64,000 bases of DNA from positions 12,400,001 to 12,464,000 of the forward strand of contig JBHGNT010000003.1 of the NCBI GenBank assembly GCA_043228905.1, written 5' to 3'. The notes under the pieces were generated by a model that saw only the letters and a program-made list of their open reading frames with translations, searched no databases and was not told the origin of the DNA. The translations under genes were made by a program, and so were the position numbers. The DNA comes from Azolla caroliniana (lineage: Eukaryota > Plantae > Polypodiophyta). This document shows, in pieces, positions 1 through 12,707 of the stretch. How positions within the stretch are numbered: position 1 is the stretch's first letter; every line of letters begins with the position of its first letter.

Positions 1-335
1 TGCTGCCACAGAAGCCAATAAGGAATTGCTATGGCTAAAGAAATTCCTACAAGAGTTGGGGCTGATTCAAGAAAGATACATTCTATATTGTGACAGCCAA
101 AGTGCTATACATTTAAGTAACAATTCTTCCTTTCATTCTAAGTCAAAACACATAGATGTTGGATGCCATTGGATTAGAGATGTGCTTGAAGAAAAACAAA
201 TGCAAATTGAAAAGATTCACAGAAATGAGAATGGCTTCGACATGATGACAAAATGTTTGTCAAGGGAGAAGCTTGAAGTTTGCAAACAAAAGGCAAACCT
301 AGTTGTGCCCCCCACTTGAGATGGAGGGGGAGAAT
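1..335 (+). mobile_element. Ty1/Copia RNase H C-terminus and polypurine tract (3' end of an element running in from the left)
   Basis: ORF 26-319 has the Copia RNase H motifs YCDSQSAIHL..FHSKSKHIDV..WIRD. Purine tract GAGATGGAGGGGGAGAA directly precedes TGTTGG. Confidence 0.9.
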
Positions 336-496
336 TGTTGGGTCTATCCACTCAAGTGGAGCCCATGACATGGAGTTGGCTGAGAGCTAGCTACCAACTC
401 TATGTTGAATCAGCTGGGTGTCGATTCAGGCTTAGCGTTGATTCGGCTGGACGCCAAATCGACTTAGAGCTAAAGAAAGGAAAAGTTATATGTTTA

Positions 497-545
<49 letters not shown>

Positions 546-1273
546 GTTTTTATGTGTCCTTTTTTCTTCTTGTGTGTGTGTATGTTTTTTGGAATGTCTA
601 TGTGTGAATGCAGATACGAAAAGAACAGACGTTACTCCAAAAAGGCTGATAAAAAGAAGGCATAGACAGAAAAACGAATAGAATGAACAACTAAGAGAAA
701 GACAGAGAAAACAAAGCGCGTTACAGAGAAAAAACTACATATGATTGAATAGAACTAAGGCTGGAAAAACAGAGATTCGAGAAGAAGAGGTGTGTGAGAA
801 AAACACAACAAAGCTTCTGCAAGAAAATAGAAACAAGTGTGAGAGCTCGAGAGCGAGAACTTGTTGCAAGTGTAAAGATGGAGATCTAGCGAGGTATTGT
901 CTGGACTACCCAAAAGAGTCACAACAACTCTTCTGTCCACTTGTAACAGGTTTATTTGTTCTGTGTTTTTGGTTTTTTTTCTATTGTTTATCCTATCTGG
1001 TAGGGTTAATATTGTATCCAAGGCGGTAGCCTTGAAATATATGTGCATATCTCTAGAGTAAGCTCTAAAGGCTATCAACACCTTTGTATAATCAGAAAAT
1101 AGTAAATTTGTTTCGGAACCTAAGGTTCTCGTGGTTTTTCCCAATTTTGGGTTTTCCACGTTAAATCTTAGTGTACTCTCTCATTTTCGTCTTGTGGTTT
1201 CATCTATTTGTTTATCAAGTGTTAATTGTGTTTGAAATTTTAATCATCCCGATTCCACTCCATATTCCCAACA
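336..1273 (+). repeat. 3' LTR of the Copia element, containing an (AT)n microsatellite at ~500-544
   Basis: Starts TGTTGGG after the PPT and ends CCCAACA (inverted termini). Carries the GTGGTTTTTCCC..GGGTTTTCCACGT motif shared by other Copia LTRs here. Confidence 0.8.
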
Positions 1274-3850
1274 GTATTTTCTTCATCTCAACCTTTCCTT
1301 TCTCCCCTCCCAGGGATTTCTTTGCATTTAACTTGCAGTTAGCTGGTAACACACAGCCGACCGGCTTTGTCTCTAACATGTTGAATCTTTCTAGGATCTT
1401 AGTCTCGTATTTCTCTTGTGACAACCACAACACTTTCTTAGTTCTATCTCAAACTATGTGCACCCCTAAGATCTGTTCACATCAAACGATTTTCCTAGGC
1501 TTCCTTCAAGCTCCCAATCTTCCTTGTATCTTGACTGACTATCAACATGTCATCTACATATAACAAGAGAATCAAGAAATCACCTTCATTTTACCTTTTG
1601 ACGAACACACAACGATCATTCTATCTTTTCTAGAACCTATGTTCCACCATGAAAGACTCGAACTTCTTGTACCATTGGCGTGGAGCTTGTTTCAACCCAT
1701 ACAAGCTTTTCTTTAGTCGACACAGTAGGTTCTCTTTCTCTTTCTTCTCAAAGCCTTTGGGTTGCTGCATGTAAATCTCTTCATCCAGCTCCCCGTGCAA
1801 GAATGTTGTCTTGACATCCAACTTTTTGATCTCTAGACCCATACTGGCAGCTATGCTCAGAACAATTGTAATGGATGTCATCTTCACGACTAGAGCGAAT
1901 ATTTGGTCGAAGTGGACACCCTTTTTCTGTTGGAAACCCTTCACTACAATGCGTGCATTATACCTAGGCGCACTGTTGACTTCTCTAATCTTCACCTTAT
2001 AGACCCATTTGTGCCTATGTTCCCTCTTATCTTTTGGTAATTCTACCAGGTCGTAGGTGTAGTTTTAATGCAAGGAATCCATGTCATTTTGCATCGCGCT
2101 CAACCATTTCTGTCTGTGTTTGTCAACAATGGCTTCATCATAGCACTCTGGCTCACCTTCATCAGTCATGAGGATGTATTGACTGGCATATGTGGTCAAT
2201 GCTCTCCTTTCCCTGAGTGGGTATCTCCTTCCACTCATTTTATGCTTCAAATTGGATGTGTTTGTCGACTCTTCTCTTGACTCAGGTTCATGTACGTTGA
2301 TCAGCTTCTCAGGGTTAGACAACTCCAACTCGTATTCCTCAATTGATCTTAACAGCTCTGCTGACTCAGACTCATAGTTGGTCGGTCTCTCACCAACCGA
2401 CCCAAATTTGGTTGTGTTGACTGGTTGTCTCCGAACAACTGGTTGTGTCAGTTCACTTGGCCTCAAGTCGATAGTAGTGGAGGTTGACTAGTTAGTCGAT
2501 TCCAACTTTTGTTGCTTCCAGTCCTCTATGATCTTGTCTTCCAAGAAGACTATGTCCTGACTCCTCCCTACCTTCTTGTCCACTAGGTCCCATAGCCTAT
2601 AGCCAAACTTATCTTCCAACTATCCCATGAATATGCATAGTTTCGACTTACTGTCGAGCTTTGACCTCTGATCCTTAGCTACATGCATGTACCCTAGGCA
2701 GCTTCTCTTCTTCTTGATGGCCGTGTGTGGAATGTTGCTTTGTTCTGCTTTCCAACTAAGCGGTCGACGCACTTCTCCAGGTGCACTCCCTTTACTTTTG
2801 GTAGAAGCTTCAGTTTGGCCAATAGATGCAGTCCCTTCTCACTCATGTGGCCTAGCCTCTTATGCCATATCTGTCCTGCTAAGTCAGCTGCCACATTCAC
2901 TTCTGACTTGCTCAACCTGGCTTGCATCATATACAATGTGCCTTCCTTCTCTGCTCGGCCCACTATAAGATTTCCTCGGCAAAACTTCCACTTGTCATTC
3001 CGAAAACTACCATTGTAGCCGATATCAGATTCATTGGACGTGTCGAACATCCTTCAGAGTCAGTTGATACCCTGTTGATTCCATCAGGCAGACACTTCCG
3101 ATTCCTGTTATCTTGCACTCCCCATTGTCACCCATCTTTACATAACCATGATCACCAGCTACGTAAGTCGAGAAATACTCTCTCGATGGAGTTATGTGGA
3201 AGGATGCACTAGAGTTGATCACCCAAGTGCATTCTTTGCTTGCAAGATTTGCACTTGGCTGTTCACAAATGAACGAAAGTTCTTCATTGCTCGTAGCAAT
3301 GGCTGAAGTGTACTTTTCTTTAGGAATCTTCCTGGGTTCCACATTATTACCGACACTCTTTTCCCTTTTAAGACTTTCCACAATAAAATCACACGAGCTT
3401 TCCTCTAGACTTCAACCTAGCTTGAGACTTTTCTCTCCTTGGTGGACTTATTTGTCGGTTCCTTCCTCTACCGATGCGTTGAGTCAATTTTGACTCCGAC
3501 TGGACTAGGACACCCTTGTCCTTCCTTCTCGCTTCCTCATTTAGGATGCTTGTCTTCACCACTTGTAAAGACAAGTTCTCTTCTTGACAGAAGGTGCTAA
3601 GAGTAACCACCAAGTTCTCCCAACTATCCGACAGTGTGCACATCATCAGGATGGCCTACATAGCATCATCAAGGGGAAACTTGGTTGCAACAAGTTGACT
3701 TACATACCCATGAATGTGTTGATGTGTTCGGCATTCTTCCTCTCATATAGACCTGACAGCTTTTGCCACATCTCGTGGGCATTTGTGTCATTCACAACAT
3801 GCTGAAGGACACTTACATCGACTCACTTTCAGATGGTGGCCACCACCTTT
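1274..3850 (-). mobile_element. Degenerate Ty1/Copia gag-pol (family C), truncated at both ends
   Basis: Fragments for gag (LSDSWENLVVTL), protease (WVINSSASFHIT), GAG-pre-integrase (IWHKRLGHMSEKG) and RT (ARIVVKGFQQ, LYGLKQAPRQWY), with stops and frameshifts. Confidence 0.88.
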
Positions 3851-3865
3851 CTAACAATTTGTCGG

Positions 3866-4240
3866 GTCGGGTGATCGTCAAGTATATAAGGCTTCTAACA
3901 ATTTGTCGGAACCATTTCTCATCGTAGGCCGGGCAAGAGTCAAGACGTAGCTTTAGGTTCCGGTCGAGGGGTGTGGATATCAGTCGGCATTCTGTCATGC
4001 CGAACTTGTATAGCATATTCAACACATAGTGTCTTTGTGAGAGCAATATGTCATCGGGGGTCCGGATCACTTCGATCCCAAGAAAATAATGAAGTTCCCC
4101 TATGTCCTTCATTTCAAATGTGTCCGACAACTGGGACTTCACTCTGCCGAATTCATCCAGTCCGGGTCCGGCGATGACTAAATCATCAACATATAGCAGC
4201 ATACAGACCGGACCGTCCAGACCTTTCCAAATGAACATCG
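3866..4240 (-). mobile_element. Copia family B RT fragment (continuation of the RT interrupted at 11912)
   Basis: LLYVDDLVI..FEMKDIGELHYFLGIEV. Joins 11912 through TSD CGATG to read SKFDTS-M-FIWKG. Confidence 0.88.
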
Positions 4241-5128
4241 TGTCGGGAACTCAATGCTCCTTATGCACGATGTTCGGCCACGACCGAGTTTAGAATGATA
4301 CATAGAAAAAACCGGGAAATACAACACGACACAAAGAGGAGGAAGATACACAGGAGGTTTACGTGGAAAACCCCAACCTAAGGGAAAAACCACGGAAGCC
4401 CACAGGCTGCAAACTGTCACTATGTAAGAATGTAAAACAGTGAGTTCACTGAGGCAACGACCTCGTGCTCACAGATCTTCGCCACAAGCGGCGGTTACAA
4501 CAGAGGCAACAACCTCTTTCTCTCTCTCTCTCTCTCTGTACAGTTACGCACACTCTCTATTCTTGCACCAACAAGAATGACAACTACAACACCTAAAAGA
4601 TTGCCCTAAGTCATATTTATACTAATATGACTTTTCGGCTATTTACAAATATAGCCTCGATGGACTCTCAAAAACATATTTACGTATATGTCTCTTCATC
4701 TGGTTCATACCGGGTCTGCACCATCCGGCTCTCCGTAGCCGGGTACTCCTCATCCGGCTCATACCGGGTCTGCACCATCCGGCTCTCCGTAGCCGGGTAC
4801 TCCTCATCCGGCTCATACCGGGTCTGCACCATCCGGCTCTCCGTAACCGGGTACTCCTCATCCGGTTCATACCGGGTCTGCACCATCCGGCTCTCCGTAG
4901 CCGGGTACTCCTAATCCGGTTCATACCGGGTCTGCACCATCCGGCTCTCCGTAGCCGGGTACTCCTCATTCGGTTCATACCGGGTCTGCACCATCCGGCT
5001 CTCCGTAGCCGTGTACTCCTCATCCGGTTCATACCGGGTCTGCACCTCATACGGTTTCGGCCTCGGCCGAGTTTGTTCATCAGCATTGTTCTTCACCCTT
5101 CCCATCCCGAGGGACCTGTCTCCCAACA
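4241..5128 (-). repeat. Family A 3' LTR with an internal 54-bp tandem array (~6.4 copies, ~4700-5046)
   Basis: Termini TGTTGGGA...CCCGACA in element orientation. Unit CCGGTTCATACCGGGTCTGCACCATCCGGCTCTCCGTAGCCGGGTACTCCTCAT. Confidence 0.92.
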
Positions 5129-5138
5129 AACTCCCCCT

Positions 5139-6206
5139 TCACTCCGGCATGGGGTGTCTTACCAGTCCGATCCTCTTCCGGCATGCGCTCAACTTGTCAG
5201 GTATCAGCACTTTGGTCAGCATATCTGACCCGTTCTCGGCCGTGTGGATCTTCGCCAGTGCGAACTCCTGGTCATCTACTCTTTCCCGGATCCAGTGATA
5301 CCTCCGTTGGATATGCTTCGTCAGGGAATGGTAGGCCGCATTCTTAGCAAGGTGGATGGCACTTTGACTGTCGCAATAGAGCCGATATTCCTCTTGCCGG
5401 ATACCGAGCTCTCCGATGAAGTCCTTCATCCATAATATTTTCTTGCCTGCTTCCACAGCCGCCATGTACTCCGCCTCCGTGGTTGACAATGCAACCGTCT
5501 TCTGCAGCCTCGACTGCCACGAAACAGCTCCCCCTGCATATGTCATTACATACCCGGATGTAGACCGGTTGGTATCCACATCAGCCGACATGTCCGAATC
5601 GGTAAAACCGTCAAGTTGAGGTTTCCCGGAGCCGAATCGGAGACACATATTTGAAGTGCCCTTCAAATACCGGAGTATCCATTTGACCGCGTTCCAGTGC
5701 TCCTTGCCGGGATTGCTCATGAACCGGCTCACCACTCCGATTGCGTATCCTATATCCGATCGAGTACACACCATTGCATACATCAAGCTCCCGACGGCAG
5801 AGGCATATGGAATCTTCATCATATCCGCCTTCTCTGCTTTCGTCTTCGGGCTTTGCTTACCGGATAGCTTGCAGTTTGCCGGAAGTGTCGATCCGACCGG
5901 TTTCGCTCCTGACATGTTGAACCGGTGAAGCACCTTTGTCACGTACTTCTCCTGTGACAACCATAATTGCTTCTTTGACCGGTCCCGAATGATGTGCATC
6001 CCCAGCATCTGCCTTGCCGGACCCAAGTCTTTCATTGAGAAGGTCCAGTTGAGAGCCTTCTTCAGCATCCGTATTTTGACTTGGTCACGTCCGACGATCA
6101 ACATGTCATCCACGTACAGGAGGAGTATCAAGAAGTCGCCTCCTTCGAACTTCTTCACAAACACGCAATGATCGGCCTGCGTCTTGTGGTACCCTTGATC
6201 GGTCAT
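5139..6206 (-). pseudogene. pol: Copia RT/RNase H reading frame of the family A element
   Basis: LLLYVDDMLI, FTDSDMSAD, STTEAEY, YCDSQSAIHL. Separated from the upstream RT part by a stop at ~6243. Confidence 0.88.
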
Positions 6207-9139
6207 GAAGGAATCGAACTTCCGGTACCATTGCCGGGGAGCCTACTTTAGTCCGTACAGGCTCTTCTTCAGCCGGCATACCAGGTGCTCCTTCCCTTTC
6301 TCCACAAATCCTTCCGGTTGCTGCATGTAGATCTCCTCTTCGAGGTCGCCGTGAAGGAATGCCGTCTTCACGTCCAGCTGCTCTACCTCAAGGTCCATGC
6401 TTGCCGTTATACTCACCACCGTCCGGATGGAGGTCATCTTTACAACCGGGGCAAATATCTCGTCGAAGTCCACGCCCTTCTTCTGTTGGAACCCCTTTAC
6501 CACGATCTTGGCTTTGTATCTCGGGGGGTTGCCGGCATCTCCCGGTTTATTTACCTTTCGGCAACTCCACCAATTCGTACGTATGGTTCTCATGCAAGGA
6601 ATCCATCTCATCCTGCATGGCACTTAACCATTTTCGGCTGTGGGTGTCTTCCTTCACTTCTTTGAAGCTTTCCGGCTCTCCCTCATCAGTCAGTAGAACA
6701 TGATCTGCATCCGGAAATCTCCGGGGGGGCCTTCTCTCTCTGAGAGGATATCTCCGTCTCTGGGCTTCGGTGACCGGCTCATCCATCTGCTCTTCATCCG
6801 AATCTGATTCGGGGTCTTGGCCGGTTCCGGTCTCAGCTTCCTCTACTTCTTCTTCTGCCGGTTCGGTATCCTCACCGTAACCGGCTGGTTCCTCGAGTGC
6901 TAACCGGTCTCTTGCCGGTTGGGTCTACTCATCGTAGAGTCTATCCTTACCAGTCGACTCGGAGTTCATTATCTTCTTCTCCGACTCCCAGTCGGCGAGC
7001 GTCTTGTCCTCCATGAAGATGATATCTCGACTCCGGAATACCTTCTTGTCGACCGGGTCCCACACTCGGTAGCCGAACTCATCGTCACCGTAACCGAGGA
7101 ATATGCATGGCCGGGTCTTTGGATCTAACTTTCCTCTCTGGTCCTTGGCTACATGCACGTACGCGAGACACCCGAACACTTTCAGATGCCGGTAGGATAC
7201 TTCCTTACCGGTCCATACTCTCTATGCCGTGTCTCCGTCCAAGGGTACTGAGGGTGATCTGTTTATCACATATGTCGCCGTCGACAGTGCCTCAGCCCAA
7301 AACTTCTTGGGTAGTTTTGCATGTGCTAGCATACTCTGGACCCTCTCCATTATGGTCCAGTTCATCCTCTCGGCCAGTCCGTTTAGTTCCGGCGTCTTCG
7401 GCACGGTAAATTCGAGTCGGATTCCCTTCGAGCGGCAGTACTCCTCAAACTGCCCCCGGTACTCTCCTCTGTTATCTGCTCGAACTGCCTTCAGCTTCCG
7501 GCCGGTTTCTCTTTCCACTCTCGCGTGGAGCTCTTTGAAGATGGATAACACCTGATCCTTCGTTTTCAACGGTGTGGCCCACACCTTCCGGCTGTGGTCA
7601 TCTATGAACGTCACGAAGTACTGTGCTCTGGCATGTGACTTCGTGTCTACTTGACACACATCTGTATGCACCAACTCCAGTGGTGCATTACGTCTCATCA
7701 GTGGCCTTGGTCGGAAGGAGGTCCGGTTCTGCTTACCGGCCAGACAATTAGTGCACTTCTCTAAGTGCACGTTCTTCACTGGAATGAGGTTGTCGTCTGC
7801 AAGCCTCTTCATCCCCTTCTCGCTCATGTGACACAGCCTCTTGTGCCACAGCTCACCGGCAGTGTCGGATGCCACATTCACTTCTTCCGGACATAACCGG
7901 GCATTCATTAGGTACAGTGTGTTGACCTTCCGGGCCCGAGCCACAATCAAGCTCCCTTTGCTGAACTTCATGACACCGTTCCGGATGCTACCCGTGTAGC
8001 CTTCATCATCTAGCCGACCGGCTGATATCAGGTTCAGACGAACCTCCGAAACGTGTCAGACATCCTTCAGCAGCAACTTGCATCCGGTTGGTGTTGTCAG
8101 CCACACGTTTCCTATGCCGACAATTCAGCATGTTCCTTCATTTCCCATCCAGACACAGCCGTGATCACCGACTGAATAGGATGAGAAGCATTTCCGTTCC
8201 GGGGTAAGGTGGAACGACGCTCCGGAGTCTACCACCCAGGTCATCTCATCGCCGGCAAGGTTTATCTCACTCTCCTCGGTGATGAGCATCAACTCCTCTT
8301 CACTTGCCGCGATTGCCATCGTTCCCTTCCGGTCCGGCCCCCTCCGGTCTTTACCGTTCCGGTCTTTACCGTTCCGGTCCGGGGTTTGCTTCGAATCGGT
8401 ACCGTCAGTTTCCTTGTCTTTACGGAAATGCCGACAGTTCTTTTGGAAGTGACCCGGCTTGCCGCAATAGAAGCAAGTGGGCCTCCCCCTTGACTTTGAC
8501 CGTGTCCCCGACTTCTCCCGGTTCTGGGGACTACGGTTTCTCTGTCTTCCGCGTTCCGATTCGGTAAGGAACGCTTTGGAGTCGGAGCCAGCTATCCGGA
8601 AGGGAACCGAGCAGGAGTAGCGCTAGTACCTCATCGACAAGAGGTACTTCCAATGAAGTTGCCTGGTGGATCAGCCCCTGGAAGGCATTCATGTGCTCTG
8701 CCATGCTGGAGCCATCTTGGTACCGGAGTCTTACTAGCTTCCGGAATACCGAAACCTGATTAACAGCATTTTTGTTTTGAAACATTATGCCGATCTTCTC
8801 CCAGAGCTCATGAGCCTTGCTGTCCTCATTGAAGTTGTTGTACAGGCTCATGTCGATGAAGCACCGTATGTACGCAGTTGTCTTCATGTGCATCACCTCC
8901 CATATCGCGGCGTCGATTTTGTCCAGTCTCTTGTCCCCGAACTGAACCGGCAGCCAGAGATCTTTTACCACGAGCATATCCCTCATCTTCGACTTCCACA
9001 CTGAATAGTTGGAGCCGGTGAGCTTGAACATGCCGCCAAACGATTCGTCCATTTTCTGTGTCGTTTTGCTCTGATACCACTTGTCGGGAACTCAACGCTC
9101 CTTATGCACGACGCTCGGCCACGACCGAGCTTAGAATGA

Positions 9140-10398
9140 GCCGGTTTTTTCTAACGCTTCCCCATGTTAACATTCACATGTTATCAGAGTGCGAGGGTTG
9201 AGAACCTCTGCACCCAACACTTGCTTTGGTAGACGAACCCTAGAACCGGTAACAACAGACATAGAGAAGATATGGACAGATGAATGTCGAGTTCACTTCC
9301 AACAGAGAAACTCGATCGGAGCAACTACGCGTCCTAGTCATAAAAGATGCACCAAAACATGTTGGGGCATGGTTATTGGAGCTTCGTGGAAGGAACGAAC
9401 GAGGTAGCATCGGAGCTGGCACATGAGGACTTCCCGATATGGGAGAAAGGAGTGAGCCGAGTATTGTACTGCCTCGCGTCTTGTGTGCACGACCAGATGC
9501 TCGGCTACATAAAGGATGCAAAAACGCCGAAGGAGGCTTGGGGAAATCTGAGTAAGATTTTCTCCACGAGTACCAGAGCCCGTAAGTTGCAGCTCCGGCA
9601 AGAGCTGAACAACATCCGACAAAGAGACATGTCCATTACAGATTACACCACCAAGATAAAGGAGATTTGTTACGCACTCAGGTCCATCAACGTGACGGTG
9701 GACGAAGACGAGATGGTACAAATCTACCTCGGTACGCGTGAAGGTATGGGCCAATCTGGACAACGATATGCACCCGGGAGAAGCCACCGACTTTCTTAGA
9801 CTTGCAATCAATTCTAATGATCGAAGAAAACCACATGAGTGGGTCGAGGACCACTCAATCGGACAGCCACACGGAGACAGATCGGCCCCATGGATGTGGT
9901 GGACAAGGTGGGTCGACACGCAATGGAGGGGGGAGTATTCAGCGAGCAAGCTCAACCAGATCCAGATTGGCTAAATAAGCCAGAGCGGGATCAACATCCG
10001 GAAGGATGAGCCGGATCGGTATCCGGAAACAACCGGCCGGATCGGGGAGACGGATCGGAGAGCCAGATTCGAGCGGGAATCAGAAGCCTAGTAGTAGCCT
10101 AGACTACTAGGTAATCATTGTCTCGTAGTTAGTGTCAACACACATAGGAATATTGAAGTACCTGTCAGTACTTCTGTTAGTCCTTTATGGACTTGTATAA
10201 ATAGTGTTTTTTAGCACATTGTATGTACAGAGTTACAGAGTATTTTTATTTTTAAATCTACATTTACGTTCTACACTCTTGATCTCTCCCCTGTATACTC
10301 TCTGTGTACTAAGCTTCTCAATTAAACCTTCATCTTAGTCTCTATTGCTATCCGGCTGAGCCGGTTTTGTCTAACGCTTCCGCACGTTAACATTCACA
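9140..10398 (+). mobile_element. Gag-only deletion derivative of Copia family B: 5' LTR tail 9140-9178, PBS, gag, PPT, 3' LTR 9936-10398; rest of its 5' LTR at 12708-13242 (minus)
   Basis: Decayed PBS TGTTATCAGAGT at 9179-9190 and gag ORF 9347-9799. gag is fused directly to GAGGGGGGAG plus LTR. TSD AAGTG at 10399-10403 matches CACTT at 13243-13247. Confidence 0.85.
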
Positions 10399-11912
10399 AA
10401 GTGCTTGTGGTCGGATGGCGGAAGAGAATACTTTTCCGTCCAATTCAAATGTTATCTGCAGTAGAACGGAATCTGGAGAGAATTCAGCTTTAAGTACACA
10501 CCAGAACAAAACGGTGTGGCCAAAAGGAAGAACCGGTCGATTGTCGACGTGATAAGGGAAATGTTGGAGAAGAAGAGCATGCCCCAATTCTACTGGGTTG
10601 AGCCGGTCCGGATGCTTGTCTACATCCAAAACCGGATCGGAGACAAGGTATTAGCACATGAGATGTATTTCGGGCGGAAGCTGAATTTGAGGCACCTTCG
10701 GATATTTGGTAGCATACCATATGTGCATGTACCGGATGAGAAGCAAAGGAAGCTAGATCCGAAATCGGAGAAGTGCATACTCGTCGGCTACTTGCATGAA
10801 CAAAAGGGGTATAAGTGTTATAACCCCCTAACTAAACAGGTACGAGTAACTCAAGATGTCGAGTTTGATGAGTCGGCATCATGGTACATCCTACCGACTC
10901 CAACTTCCTATGAAGACCCGATTCCGGAGGATGAGGCTAGTGAATCCAGAGAGGTTCAAGAAGAAGATGAAGGATTCAGTACTCTAGATGAGAATCCGAT
11001 CTCATTCTGGCTCAGTGGACCAAAGGAGCGGCTGAGTCGGGATGACCAGTCGAATGAAGAACTGGCGAGTAGTGGAGACTCTGTCGTGCTCTCCCCACGC
11101 AAGGAACCTGAGGCTATTCATGCGCAAAGAGAAGGGGAAGAAGAAGATGTCGGAATACGATACCGGCAGTGAAGGGTCGGATCGGAGTGAATCTGACCCG
11201 GGAAAGGAAGATGATAGATCTTCAGAAAGGAAGTCTGAACCGGTCAAGAAGGGCCTCAAACCGAGTAATGAAAAGTTACGCCAGTCCACCCGTCAAAAGA
11301 AAACCGTTAGGATGTATGGATACAATGATTACATGGCACATCACTATGCGTACATGACTAAGGTGGCGGAAGTGTGTGAGTCGGAGAGCTACGCAGAAGC
11401 AACAAAAGACGCAAATTGACATGCTGCTGTGGAGGAAGAAATGCGGGCACTCCAACGATACATGGGACCTGGTTGACCCTCCCCGACAGTTCAAACCAAT
11501 TGGTTTCAAGTGGGTATACAAGGTAAAGTACAACGCCAACGGTTCAGTCAACCAGTACAAGGCCCGGTTAGTGGCGAAGGGATACGGACAGACCCACGGA
11601 ATCAACTACGACGAGACCTTCACTCCGGTAGTGAAGATGACGACAGTTCGTGTGGTACTGGCTATTGTTGCGGCAAGGGGATGGCATATTCACCAAATGG
11701 ATGTGAAGAATGCTTTTCTTCAACATAACCTTGAAGAATGGGTCTATATGATCCAACCCCTCGGTTTCCAATTGGAGATGAACAAGTCGGCAGTATGCCA
11801 AGTCAAGAAGTCGCTTTACGGTTTGAAGCAAGCCCCCCGAGCTTGGAATGCAAAGATCACACACCGATTGCGTAAGATGGGGTTTGTGGCCTCAAAGTTC
11901 GACACGTCGATG
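10399..11912 (+). mobile_element. Copia family B integrase and RT N-terminus (inside the inverted segment)
   Basis: RKLDPKSEKCILVGY, YKARLVAKGY, LYGLKQAPRAWN. Confidence 0.88.
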
Positions 11913-12707
11913 TGTTGGGAGACAGGTCCCTCCGGATGGGAAGGGTGAAGAACAGTGCTGATGAACAAACTCGGCCGAGGGCGAAACCGTATGAGGTGCA
12001 GACCTGGTATGAACCGGATGAGGAGTACCCAGCTACGGAGAGCCGGATGGTGCAGACCCGGTATGAACCGGATGAGGAGTACCCGGCTACGAAGAGCCGG
12101 ATGGTGCAGACCCGGTATGAACCGGATGAGGAGTACCCGGCTACGGAGAGCCGGATGGTGCAGACCCGGTATGAACCGGATGAGGAGTACCCGGTTATGG
12201 AGAGCCGGATGGTGCAAACCCGGTATGAGCCAGATGGTGTAGACCCGGTATGAGCCGGATGAGGAGTACCCGACTACGGAGAGCCGGATGGTGCAGACCC
12301 GGTATGAACCGGATGAAGAGACATATACATAAATATGTTTCTAAGAGTCCATCGAGGCTATATTTGTAAATAGCCGAAAAGTCATATTGGTATAAATATG
12401 ACTTAGGGCAATCTTTTAGGTGTTGTAGTTGTCATTCTTGTTGGTGCAAGAATAGAGAGTGTGCGTAACTGTACAGAGAGAGAGAGAGAGAGAGGTCGTT
12501 GCCTCTGTTGTAACCACCGCCTGTGGCGAAGATCTGTGAGCACGAGGTCGTTGCCTCAGTGAACTCACTGTTGTACATTCTTACATAGTGACAGTTTGCA
12601 GCCTGTGGGCTGCCGTGGTTTTTCCCTTAGGTTGGGGTTTTCCACGTAAACCTCCTGTGTATCTTCCTCCTCTTTGTGTCGTGTTGTATTTCCCGTTTTT
12701 TTCTGTG
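11913..12707 (+). repeat. Major part of the family A 5' LTR, inverted relative to its own element, with the 54-bp array
   Basis: Reverse complement of 4241-5128, lacking only the ~60-bp end found at 9082-9139. Preceded by TSD CGATG. Confidence 0.9.

Larger units (their letters stand above)
4241..9139 (-). mobile_element. Near full-length Ty1/Copia element (family A): 3' LTR 4241-5128, internal region 5129-9081, terminal 58 bp of 5' LTR 9082-9139; defective
   Basis: PBS TGGTATCAGAGC (tRNA-iMet) at 9068-9079 on minus. gag 8531-9052, protease VVDSGAS, integrase 7222-7971, RT/RNase H 5139-6623 (LYVDDML), PPT at 5129-5144. Stops and small deletions are present. Confidence 0.93.

Noticed and set aside
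4627-5129. Repeat-protein ORFs (MVQTRYEPDEEY...) here and at 11816-12253 and 43022-43501
   Set aside because: By-products of a 54-bp LTR tandem array that is open in several frames on both strands.
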